Positions 33,601 through 42,153 of a DNA stretch of 64,000 bases are shown in pieces. The stretch comes from Longimicrobiales bacterium (GTDB taxonomy: Bacteria > Gemmatimonadota > Gemmatimonadetes > Longimicrobiales > Gaopeijiaceae): assembly GCA_963422615.1 (NCBI GenBank), contig OY730414.1, positions 1,116,001 through 1,180,000 of the forward strand, given 5' to 3'. A program made the position numbers and the translations under genes. Below the pieces are notes generated by a model. It saw only the letters and a program-made list of their open reading frames with translations. It did no database searches and was not told the DNA's origin. Positions within the stretch are counted from its first letter, which is position 1. The number at the start of each line of letters is the position of its first letter.

Positions 33601-34117
33601 GGCGGTGGCGACCGAGCTCGATGCGGTCCTGGAGCAGCGTTCTCTGCTGGACGCCGCCGACCCGGTCACGCCCTGCGTGGATACGCTGACGAGGGCTCTT
33701 CGCGCGGCGCTCAGCCGGTTGCGCGACGCTTTCGGAGTGGCGGTGAGGGAAGCGACGGAACGGCTGGCTGGGGACGTCATGTGGCAGAAGCTGGACCGAC
33801 CCACACAGCAGGAAATCCTCGCGGGCGTCGGGCTGGTGGCACCCGGGCCCTTATCCGTGGCGACGCCCGAAGAGCTACGACAGACGCTGGACCGGCGCGG
33901 GTTGCGGGGATGGCAGGCGGTGACCGATGCCGTTCCGGCCCGCGAGGCGAAGGCGCTGGAAGCGGCAGCCAAGCGGTCGGAGGGCCCGCCCTTGGTCATC
34001 GTCCGTGTGCGGCGGGGGTCCCTAGAGGACGAGAGGGCCGTGCGGGAGTGGGTGGAGGAGCACGAGAGGAAGTTGCTAGCGGCGGTTCAAGAAGGTGGAG
34101 TGGCATCGGTGACCTGA
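30647..34117 (+). CDS. brxC: BREX P-loop ATPase BrxC
   Basis: WVSGFFGSGKSHLLK, VLDEVQQY, SGQS, DYPL and PPYGWPRDA. TTG start overlaps the brxB stop (alternative ATGs at 30638 and 30659). Confidence 0.92.
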   Translation: MTPLMIHDLLIRDPRTARLANNGQARIASEDDQGARRELRAEVESFVCRGQFVDALERVLERYLANLDASRQDSVWVSGFFGSGKSHLLKMFAHLWANTRFEDGATARGLVPGGLPAEVQPAFRELDTRAQRTGKRPVAAAGTLLGGNVDHVRLAVLAILLRAQGWPSQYPQARFCLWLREEGLLDQVKAAVSATGKAWSKELNNLYVSPVIARALIATSPNFAADDRAAHQLLRAQFPRPGTDITTEQFTAVARQVLAPDGEVPLTVLVLDEVQQYINEVGDRSAAITELAEAIQTEFSSRVLLVASGQSALAAGTDALRWLSDRFRISVQLTDAEVETVTREVLLRKKATANPRIEKVFEVHAGEVARHLQGTRLAVRNEDKELHGKDYPLLRTRRRFWEACFQAADLPGTHSQLRSQLRILHDSLQRIAERELGAVIPANDLYEAMAPDLVNSGVLLNEVSTRIAKLADGTEAGERRRDLCGVAFLIGKLPREGGADLGLRANADTLADLLVDDVAADSGIFRKRVSDTLEELASEGILMKVAGEYRIQTTAGADWDRAFRERRTALGQSPIEEATRRGQLLRAAVEDVIKGIRLRHGDSKVRRKLGLYVDKEPDGSGSGAVPVWLRDAWSCRWSEVRGEARRRGLEDPVIHVHLPKRSAAELRRHILDEAAAGLVLDERGVPTSAEGREAYDAMKSRRAAAQAARDGIVRQTLLAARVLQGGGHELYPTDLHAKIEEGAGASLIRLFPRFPEADHRAWGVALKRARQGSDTPFRSVDWDGPTEEHPVAKETLKTIGTGKRGSAIRTSLEAPPYGWPRDAMDAALVSLHRSGHLHAERDGNPVLSGALDQTAIPRTTFRPERIRLTTRERIALRGLFQEAGFHVKPGREEETGAEFLGRLRRLAEEAGGEAPLPERPDTGLVDDLSRLSGKEQLAAIFQAKEELSQAFGAWTQLGEWVRERVPAWELAGALRRHGEGLDEAKAVATELDAVLEQRSLLDAADPVTPCVDTLTRALRAALSRLRDAFGVAVREATERLAGDVMWQKLDRPTQQEILAGVGLVAPGPLSVATPEELRQTLDRRGLRGWQAVTDAVPAREAKALEAAAKRSEGPPLVIVRVRRGSLEDERAVREWVEEHERKLLAAVQEGGVASVT

Positions 34118-34175
34118 GGTGCCGGGAGAACGAGGCGTCTCAAATAAGTTCAACCGTCAGCTCGTTGCCTCTTCG

Positions 34176-34526
34176 TCAGGCGGATTCCCCTTCGTCACAG
34201 CGTTTGTTCGCCCGCTCATTCTGCGGCTCGGAGCCGCGGCTGCCGAAGTAGAAGCCGAGGATGGGTCCCGCGAACGCACTCATCGTCGTAACGACAAGCT
34301 CGAAGCTGTCTCCAAGGGCGGAAGCGCCGAACGCCACGACGACGACGAACGAGCCCACGCTCGTAAGCGCCAGCATACTCCGCACCGATCCCTGCGGCAG
34401 GTTGAGGCCCTTCGCCGGCGCGGGATTCGACAGCTTTTTTGCTTGCTGCGTCGCCAGCAACGGGAGACCCACCAATACGATGAGTAGAAGCACGCCTTGC
34501 GCCAACGCGAACCCGATCCAGCCCAT
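34176..34526 (-). CDS. Small hypothetical membrane protein (about 3 TM)
   Basis: 116 aa, three hydrophobic segments, GLNLPQGSVRSMLAL and GFYFGSR. Upstream AGGA. Confidence 0.6.
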   Translation of the reverse strand: MGWIGFALAQGVLLLIVLVGLPLLATQQAKKLSNPAPAKGLNLPQGSVRSMLALTSVGSFVVVVAFGASALGDSFELVVTTMSAFAGPILGFYFGSRGSEPQNERANKRCDEGESA

Positions 34527-34755
34527 ATTCCAATTCCTGATTGTGAGTGGTTACGGAACAGCTTGAGGTTGCCAACCTACAGTCCGGTGACCCGACTGGC
34601 CACCACTGGGGCAATTCGGACAGACTTCCGGGCAGAAACGCTGCCGATAAGGGGGCTTCTGAATCCGGCCCGCCCCCCCTACACCTCAGGTCGCAGCCCG
34701 ATGCCGGAAGGGCTACCTTGCCCGCAAAAAGAACCCTGTCCGAACAAGTTACTCC

Positions 34756-37700
34756 ATGAGCGCCACCCTCCCCCCGGACCTCCGCTCCAACTTCGCCAAG
34801 ACCATCCAGAAAGCCGGGCACGTCGGCGAAGCGGGTGCTGGGCAGGCCCTGGCGTCGTTGGCGGTGGACCGTGGCCAGCCCTACCCCTCCATGTCCCACG
34901 CCGAAAGGACGCTTCGCAACCAGCTCCGCGCCCGGGGACGCCAGCTCGGGGACCGACGGGACCGCAAGACCCGCCGCCAGGGTATTGATCAGCTTGCCCA
35001 CGAAGTCGCGTACGCGCACTGGCACCGGATGCTCTTTGCCCGCTTCCTGGCCGAAAACGGACTCCTCACCGAACCGGAATCGGGGGTTGCCGTCTCCCTG
35101 GAGGAGTGCGGAGAGCTGGCTCGGGAGCAGGAAGAGGACCCGTGGACGCTGGCGGGACGCTTCGCCGTACACATGCTGCCGGCCATCTTCCGACCCCACG
35201 ATCCAGCGCTGAAAGTCCCCCTTGCCCCTGAAGCCAGCCAACGCCTCGTGGGGTTGCTTGAGTCCCTGCCGGACGCCGTCTTCACTGCCTCCGACTCGCT
35301 CGGGTGGACGTACCAGTTCTGGCAGGCCGAGCGGAAGGACAAGATCAATGCGAGCGGCGTGAAGATCGGCGCCCGGGAGTTGCCCCCGGTCACCCAGCTC
35401 TTCACCGAGCGGTACATGGTCCTCTTCCTCTTCCACAACACCATCGGCGCGTGGCATGCGGGCAAGTTGCTGGCCGAACAACCGGAGCTGGGCCGAGACC
35501 CGGTCGGCGAGGAGGAGTTGCGGCGAGCTGCGCGCCTGGAGGCGGAAGGCGGCTACGACTTCTCCTACCTTCGCCTCGTGCGGGAGTCCCGGGAGGGCGA
35601 CGAAGACGGAGAGCCGGCCGGGCCTTGGCGTCCCGCCGCAGGATCCTTTCCCGGCTGGCCGCGAAGGGCGGCGGAGCTGCGGGTCCTCGACCCCTGCTGC
35701 GGAAGCGGACACTTCCTGGTGGAGGGCCTTCAACTGCTGGTTCGCCTGCGCATGGACGAAGAAGGGCTCGCCCTCGAGGACGCCGTCCTGAAGGTACTCC
35801 GCGACAATCTGTTCGGCCTGGAAGTCGATCCCCGCTGCGCCCAGATCGCCGCCTTCAACCTGGCCTTCACCGCCTGGCGGATGGCCGGTCGCTCCATCGC
35901 CCTTCCGCCTCTCAACATCGCCTGCTCGGGACAGGCGCCCAACGCGACGGAAGCCGAATGGACCGCGGTCGCCGAGTCCGCGGAGGCCACCAGCGGCTTG
36001 CCGTCGAAGCGCGACTTCTTCGACACCCAGCCTTCCCTGGCCGCCGGACCCCTCCACAGCGGCATGGCAGCGCTCCACAAGCTGTTCAAGCGCGCTCCGG
36101 AAGTCGGCTCTCTCCTGGATCCTTCTCGTGCATTGGAAGGTGACCTGTTCCGGGCCGATTACCCGGCGTTGCAAGGGCTGCTTTCCGTGGCGCTGGAACG
36201 CGAAGGGTTGCCCGCGGAGCTGACCGAGCGGGCCGTCGCCGCCCGAGGGATGGCGAAGGCCGCCGAACTCCTGGACGGCACGTACACGCTGGTGATCACC
36301 AATGTGCCGTACCTGGGCCGGCGCAAGCAGGCGGAAGCGATCAAGGAGTTCGCCGACAGACACTTTCCAGTGGGGAAGAATGACCTTGCAACCATGCATG
36401 TGCTGCGCATCTTCCGCTGGCTGGGGGAGCACGGAACCCAGGCGGTTGTGACCCCGCAGAACTGGCTCTTCCTCAAGAGCTATAAAGAACTGCGCGGGAA
36501 GCTCCTGAAAGGGCGGAGGTGGCACTTGTTGGCGCGGCTGGGGCCAAGGGCCTTTCAGACACCCATGTGGGACTTCAACGTCGCTCTGAACATCCTGTCC
36601 GCGCCCACCCCGAAGCGGGGCTGGCGGATGGCCATGGTTGACGTGTCGGCACCGAGGGGCCAGCAACCGATAAAGGCGCACGAGAAGGCGGCGTTGCTGA
36701 AGGGGAATGCGGTCCTTCACACGGCAAGCCAAGCCGAACAGCTCGGGAATCCGGATGCCGTAGTGATGAATCGCCCGATCGGAAAGAAGCCTCTGCTCGC
36801 GGAGCACGGGCACGGACACCAGGGTATCGCAACGGGAGATTATCCAAGCTTCGGAAGAAAGTTCTGGGAAATTCCTGAACCCGGATCGACCTGGGAATTT
36901 CAGCAATCCACCGTTCGCAACATCGTCGACTTCGGAGGACGCGAACATGTCCTGCACCGGGAAGAAGAAGGGGAAAGAAGTCTTCAACGCCGCAAAGGCG
37001 TACGTATACAGGGGGGGGGGGATTTGGGATAGGCAGGGCATTGCTGTATCGCAAATTGGTGCCCTACCTGTCACCCGCTATACTGGAGAACGGTTCGACA
37101 ACAACGTAAGCGGCTTGGGCCCGCTCGGTGACAAATACCTCCCCGCCGTCTGGGCCTTCTGCTCCTCCCCCGCGTATGCAAAGGCCATTGGCGAGATCGA
37201 CCAGAAGCTCAACGTCACCAACGCCAACCTCGTCAAAGTCCCCTTCGACCTCGATCACTGGACGAAGGTCGCCGCGGAGAATTATCCCAACGGCCTCCCC
37301 GAGCCCTACTCCGACGACCCGACCCAATGGATCTTCCACGGCCACCCCTGCGGCAGCGTCCTCTGGGACGAAGACGCGAAGCGAACCGCTCATGGCCCCC
37401 TCCGCACCGACGCCACGGTTCTCCAGGTGGCCGTCGCGCGCCTCTTGGGCTACCGATGGCCCGCCGAGCACGACCCGGCGATGCACCTCGCCCCGGAACA
37501 GCGCGCCTGGGCCGAGCGCTGCCTGGACCTCGATCCCTTCGCCGATTCGGACGGCATCGTATGCATCCCCGCAGTCGGGGGCGAGATCGCCGCGGCCGAC
37601 CGCCTTCGTCCCCTCCTCGCCGCCGCCTACGGCCCGGAGTGGTCCGCCGCCAAGGAACGCGAGCTGCTGCTCGCCTCCGCATCCGCCGGGTGCAAGCCCG

Positions 37701-38401
37701 CCACCTCCCTGGACGACTGGCTGCGCGATCACTTCTTCCAGGAGCACTGCAAGCTTTTTCACAACCGACCCTTCATCTGGCACATCTGGGACGGCCGCCC
37801 GGACGGCTTTCACGCCCTCGTCAACTACCACCGGCTCGCGGCAGCGGACGGGGAGGGCCGTCGTATCCTGGAAAAGCTCACCTACGCCAGCCTCGGCGAC
37901 TGGATTGACCGGCAGCGGGTGGAGCAGCAGGAGGAAGAAGCCGGGGCCGACGCCCGCCTGGCCGCCGCCCTCGACCTGCAGGGCCAGCTCGAGCGCATCC
38001 TCGCCGGCGAACCGCCCTGCGACCTCTTCGTTCGCTGGAAGCCGCTCCACCGCCAAGCCATCGGCTGGGAACCCGACAGCGACGACGGCGTACGCCTCAA
38101 CATCCGCCCCTTCCTGCGGGCCGAGCTTCGCTCAGGCGGCCTCAAAGGCGCCGGGATCCTACGTGTCAAACCCACCATCAAGTGGGGCAAGGACCGGGGA
38201 AAGGAGCCCGAGACCAACCAGGAGGAAGAGCCGGTGCGTCCCCGCCGGGGATTTCCGTGGTTCTGGAGCTGTCCGGGAAAGGGCACCGCCGCGGAACGGA
38301 CGGACTTCATGGGCGGTGCCGACTTTGACGGCAACCGCTGGAACGACTTGCACTACACCCGCAGCGCCAAAGAGGAAGCCCGCCGCGCCGGAATCCCATG
38401 A
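34756..38401 (+). CDS. pglX: BREX N6-adenine methyltransferase PglX/BrxX, frameshifted at a G11 tract (phase-OFF allele, pseudogene or assembly error)
   Basis: 5' ORF 34756-37032 has TQLFTE, DPCCGSGHF (motif I) and ITNVPY (motif IV). 3' ORF 36947-38401 has the PglX-type C-terminus (RPFIWHIWDG, GWEPDSDDGVRLNIRPF). Removing one G from 37011-37021 fuses them. Confidence 0.88.
37011..37021 (+). repeat. G11 homopolymer in pglX
   Basis: Sequence ...ATACA GGGGGGGGGGG ATTTGG...; G10 or G13 would be in frame. Confidence 0.95.
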
Positions 38402-38613
38402 GTGGCTCGAGACAGGAAGACAGCTGGAGTTCCCGCGGCAGCATCCGCCCGCCTGCGGACAGGCCGACCGACCTCGTGGACTACTTGATTGAGCTCGGAA
38501 TTTTCCGGCAGCGTTACAACGGCAAGATCGACGTACCCGACCTGTACCTCTTCGGCCTCCGGCTTCGCCGCAAAGGCGGGGTCCGGGTTGGCGGACCCCC
38601 TCGGCCAACCTGA
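38398..38613 (+). pseudogene. C-terminal remnant of a P-loop ATPase-like defence protein
   Basis: 71 aa ending YLIELGIFRQRYNGKIDVPDLYLFGLRLRRKGGV, which resembles the C-terminus of larger ATPases. ATGA overlap with the pglX stop. Confidence 0.45.
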
Positions 38614-38625
38614 CGGAGACGGCCC

Positions 38626-38808
38626 GTGGAGTGGCCTGACGTCTTGCAGCGCATCGAAGCGGAAGAGGGAAAAGGGCGGCTTGCAGACCAGGTGAACCCT
38701 TCCATAGGATGGTTTCGCAGCCTGGGCGGAAGGGAGGTGTACCGGAACGAGATGACGGCGAACGCCATGGTCATGAGCGGGCTCATGGAGCGCCGGGGGA
38801 GGGGGTGA
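38626..38808 (+). pseudogene. Internally deleted AlbA_2/HATPase_c_4 (RecG-C-like) gene remnant
   Basis: N-terminus MEWPDVLQRIEAEEG joined to RNEMTANAMVMSGLMERRGRG, a HATPase_c_4-type motif, in only 60 aa. Confidence 0.5.
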
Positions 38809-38812
38809 GGCG

Positions 38813-39646
38813 ATGCCTAAGACCCGCCGGGAAGTCGAAGAGCTGCTGGAGCGATTGAACCATCGCTCCGCCGACGAGTTGGAAGCGCAAGACGTTGACT
38901 TCAAGGAATGGGATCGGCGAAGCTGGAGGCAAGCCGTTCGCAGGGCCGTGGACTGGGCGGTCTGCATGGCGAACGGAGGGGGAGGAACGGTCGTCTTCGG
39001 CGTCGTCGACGACATGGTGGGACGCGACAACGCCATCACCGGCGTGCCGCTCGAGGTCGATCTCGGCAACCTCAAGCTGGCCGTCTACGATGCCACCGAC
39101 CCCAAGCTGACCCCCGTATTCGACGAGATCCGAGTCCCCGAAGGAACGGGCCGCGTGGTTGCCATGCACCTTCACCCCGGCATCCCGCCGTACACGGACA
39201 TGGCCGGCCGGGGTACCGTCCGGATCGGCAAGGATTGCAAGCCCCTGACCGGTAGCTTGCGCCGCAAGATGTTCTTGGAAACCGGCGAGAACGACTCTAC
39301 CGCGGCCGCGGTGGGGGAGACGACTTCGAAGCTACGGTCGGCAGCGGCCGGGGAGGCGTTGCGGCCCGACACTCACGGCCAGGTTGCGGGCCCGGGAGAT
39401 CCCGAGCGAGGTCGCGGACTCGATTGGGAGGCCGCAAAGACCAGGGTTCTCGGTCTTATCCGGCGGCGGGCCGTTCGTGGCCAACTCCCCCTGGCTAACG
39501 CCGACATCCGGCGGATCACCGCCTTCGACCGCCATCGGGCGTACCGTCTCGTCCGGGAACTCGTCGATGAGGGGCAGGTGCGCTTGGATGGCTATGGCAG
39601 GGCGGCCCGGTACAGGTACACCGGCTCGCCGGAAGAACAGGAATGA
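38813..39646 (+). CDS. AlbA_2 (Schlafen-like) domain + C-terminal winged-helix protein, probably lacking the central domain
   Basis: LEAQDVDFKEW and CMANGGGGTVVFGVVD, then wHTH-like LANADIRRIT...LVDEGQVRLDGYGRAARY. Confidence 0.75.
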   Translation: MPKTRREVEELLERLNHRSADELEAQDVDFKEWDRRSWRQAVRRAVDWAVCMANGGGGTVVFGVVDDMVGRDNAITGVPLEVDLGNLKLAVYDATDPKLTPVFDEIRVPEGTGRVVAMHLHPGIPPYTDMAGRGTVRIGKDCKPLTGSLRRKMFLETGENDSTAAAVGETTSKLRSAAAGEALRPDTHGQVAGPGDPERGRGLDWEAAKTRVLGLIRRRAVRGQLPLANADIRRITAFDRHRAYRLVRELVDEGQVRLDGYGRAARYRYTGSPEEQE

Positions 39647-39671
39647 CCCCGGAGGTCTTCGCCGTACCCAT

Positions 39672-39771
39672 TCCGCGCATTTCCGGAGAGAATTGCTTGC
39701 TCGCGCACTTCTTTTGCGCATTTCCAGCCCGAATTGCGCGCCCGCGCATTTCGTCCGCGCATTTCCGGAGA
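39672..39771. repeat. Degenerate 41-bp-period tandem repeat upstream of pglZ
   Basis: GCGCA(T/C)TTC at 39675, 39703, 39716, 39744 and 39757 (spacings 28, 13, 28, 13). Exact 18-mer TCCGCGCATTTCCGGAGA at 39672 and 39754. Confidence 0.85.
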
Positions 39772-39822
39772 TTCCCCCGGGGCCCAACCCCCCTCTCCTG
39801 CTCTCCGACCCCCTGACCGCCC

Positions 39823-42153
39823 GTGACGAACCCAGCCACCGTCCTTGACCGTCTCGCCGAGAGCCTGCGGGCGAAGAGCGTGACACCTGACTCCCAAGTC
39901 CCTCCGGCGGCCGTCCTGTGGACCGACCCGAACGGGGAGTGGCAAGGTCTCCTGGCCGAGCTCCGTGGCGTGCTGCCGGAGCTGCTGACCTTGGGCGACT
40001 ACGACCCCGGGTCGCGTACAGGTCCCGCCATCTGGCTCCGGTGTGTCGTGGACGGAACCTTGAGTGGACCCTCGATCCCCGAGGGCCGCCCGCCGATCCT
40101 CTACCTTTCCGGCGTCGAGCGCACACGTCTTCGGGCGGGCAGAGACTGCCCGGACCGTGTGAAGCCTCTCGTGGAGCTCACCTACCGGGGGGCGCTGTGG
40201 AGCCACCCCAAAGGCCGGGACTGGACTCCGGCAACGTACTTGAAGTCGACCGAAGTCGGCTTGGACCTCGCCACCGACGGGGCAACGCGACGGGCACTCC
40301 GCCAAGCCCTGGGCGAAGTCGCCCGCACTTCTGTGGAGTGGTTGCGCCGCCGCCGGTTCGAGGCGGAAGACTTCAACCGCATGCTCGTCAGGGACATCGA
40401 ACGCGATATTCTGCGCTGGATGGGCGACCCGGAAGGAACCCGGACAAGGTTGGGTAGCCATGGCTGGTCCGCCTTTCGCGCGCGTAGCCGGAGCGAGTTG
40501 GACTTCGATCCCGACACCGAGGCCGACGTAGCCGCTGGCGCGCGCCTCGGGAACGGCGAAGGTCACTGGGCAGACGTATGGGACCGCTTCGCCGAAGCGC
40601 CTGAAAATCACCAGTCCGTCGTACAGCTCTTGAAGCGGAGCCGTCCGGCGGACGAGCTCCCCTTCGACCGGGCCCGCTGGCCCGACCTCAACGACGAAGA
40701 TGAAGCCGAGGCGAGGGAGGCCCTTTCTCGCGTTCCCCAACTTGCGCACCCTGAGGCGTGCGCGGCGGTCATCGAGCTGGAGGAGGGCCACGGTCACCGT
40801 CGCCAATGGCTGTGGACTCGTTTGGACCACTCCTCCATGGCCCGCCTTCTTGAGCCCCTGGGCAAGCTCGCCCGGATGGTGGATTCCGTCCCCGGCGGCG
40901 CCTCTCCGGCCGAAGTCGCGGCAACCTACGCGGATTGCGGCTGGGTGGCCGATGCCGCCGCGCGGGAAGCCCTGGCCCTGGCGCCCCGCCAAGACGAACG
41001 GACGGTGGCCAACGTCGTCCGCCACCTGCTGGAGCCTTGGCTGGCCGGATCCGCCAATGCCTTCCAGGCCGCTGTGGGGCGGGAGCCCCTTCCCGTGGCG
41101 GGTCGGCAACCGCCGGTGGAGGCCGAGGAAGACGAGTGCATCGTCTTCGTGGACGGACTTCGGTACGAACTGGGACGGCGTCTCGGGGAGCGCCTGGAGG
41201 AACGAGGATGCAAAGCCGGCGTCAGCCACCGCTGGGCCGCCCTCCCCACGGTCACCGCCACAGCCAAGCCCGCCGTCACGCCGGTGGCCGGCCAGGTTGC
41301 CGGCAACGCCCTCGGCGCCGACTTTCAACCGGTGATCCGGGGAAAGGCGGAAGGGCCCGCCAAGGCCGCCAGGCTGCGAGACGCCATGGTGCAACGGGGT
41401 TACCAGATCATCGGTGAAGGCACCCTGGACATGCCCCTGGATTCCCCCGCACGGGGGTGGGCGGAGACGGGACGGATCGACCGCCTGGGCCACGACCACG
41501 ACCGTGACGCCCCCGCCTTCGCCCGCGCCGTCGAGGACGAATTGGACCGCTTGGCAGAGCGAATTGTGGAGATACTGGACGTCGGCTGGTGCTCGGTCCG
41601 GGTTGTCACCGACCACGGCTGGCTCTGGCTGCCCGGCGGTTTGCCCATGGTCAGCCTGCCCCGTCACCTGACCGAGTCCCAGTGGGCCCGCTGTGCTGTG
41701 ATCTCCGGCGGATCGGAGGCCGGCGCGCCCCTTTATCCCTGGCACTGGAATGCCGGCCAGTGGTTCGCTTCACCGCCGGGTATCCACTGCTTCAGCAAGA
41801 GGGACGAGTACGCCCACGGCGGCGTCACTGTGCAGGAGTGCATGATTCCCGACATCCGGGTCAAGAAGCGCAGCCGCACGGGTGGGGTGTCGGCCACGAT
41901 CCGGTCGGTTACATGGCGCCGTCTCCGATGCGTTGCGAAGGTGACGAGCGAAGGCGGGCCGGTCACCGCCGACCTGCGTTTGGAGCATCCGGCGGGAGAT
42001 TCGGTCGCAGCATCGGCCAAGGAGGTGGCGGACGACGGTTCCGTGAGCTTGGTTCTCGCCGATGACGAGCACGAAGATGCGGACTTGGTGTTTGTCGTGA
42101 CGGACGCCGGCGGGCGCATCCTTGCCCACCGGCCGACCCAGGTCCTCTCGTGA
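39823..42153 (+). CDS. pglZ: BREX alkaline-phosphatase-superfamily protein PglZ
   Basis: VLWTDP, GPAIWLRC, FVDGLRYELG, WAALPTVT, VVTDHGW, YAHGG. Confidence 0.92.
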   Translation: MTNPATVLDRLAESLRAKSVTPDSQVPPAAVLWTDPNGEWQGLLAELRGVLPELLTLGDYDPGSRTGPAIWLRCVVDGTLSGPSIPEGRPPILYLSGVERTRLRAGRDCPDRVKPLVELTYRGALWSHPKGRDWTPATYLKSTEVGLDLATDGATRRALRQALGEVARTSVEWLRRRRFEAEDFNRMLVRDIERDILRWMGDPEGTRTRLGSHGWSAFRARSRSELDFDPDTEADVAAGARLGNGEGHWADVWDRFAEAPENHQSVVQLLKRSRPADELPFDRARWPDLNDEDEAEAREALSRVPQLAHPEACAAVIELEEGHGHRRQWLWTRLDHSSMARLLEPLGKLARMVDSVPGGASPAEVAATYADCGWVADAAAREALALAPRQDERTVANVVRHLLEPWLAGSANAFQAAVGREPLPVAGRQPPVEAEEDECIVFVDGLRYELGRRLGERLEERGCKAGVSHRWAALPTVTATAKPAVTPVAGQVAGNALGADFQPVIRGKAEGPAKAARLRDAMVQRGYQIIGEGTLDMPLDSPARGWAETGRIDRLGHDHDRDAPAFARAVEDELDRLAERIVEILDVGWCSVRVVTDHGWLWLPGGLPMVSLPRHLTESQWARCAVISGGSEAGAPLYPWHWNAGQWFASPPGIHCFSKRDEYAHGGVTVQECMIPDIRVKKRSRTGGVSATIRSVTWRRLRCVAKVTSEGGPVTADLRLEHPAGDSVAASAKEVADDGSVSLVLADDEHEDADLVFVVTDAGGRILAHRPTQVLS

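Noticed and set aside
27265..37074. Long antisense or alternative-frame ORFs (969, 952, 718 aa, and similar ones at 2319, 13649, 39592, 41733)
   Set aside because: Shadow ORFs of GC-rich genes with no motifs; the opposite or alternative frame has clear family signatures.
39672..39771. Interpreting the 41-bp repeat as a mini-CRISPR
   Set aside because: No unique spacers of CRISPR length, degenerate units and no cas genes.
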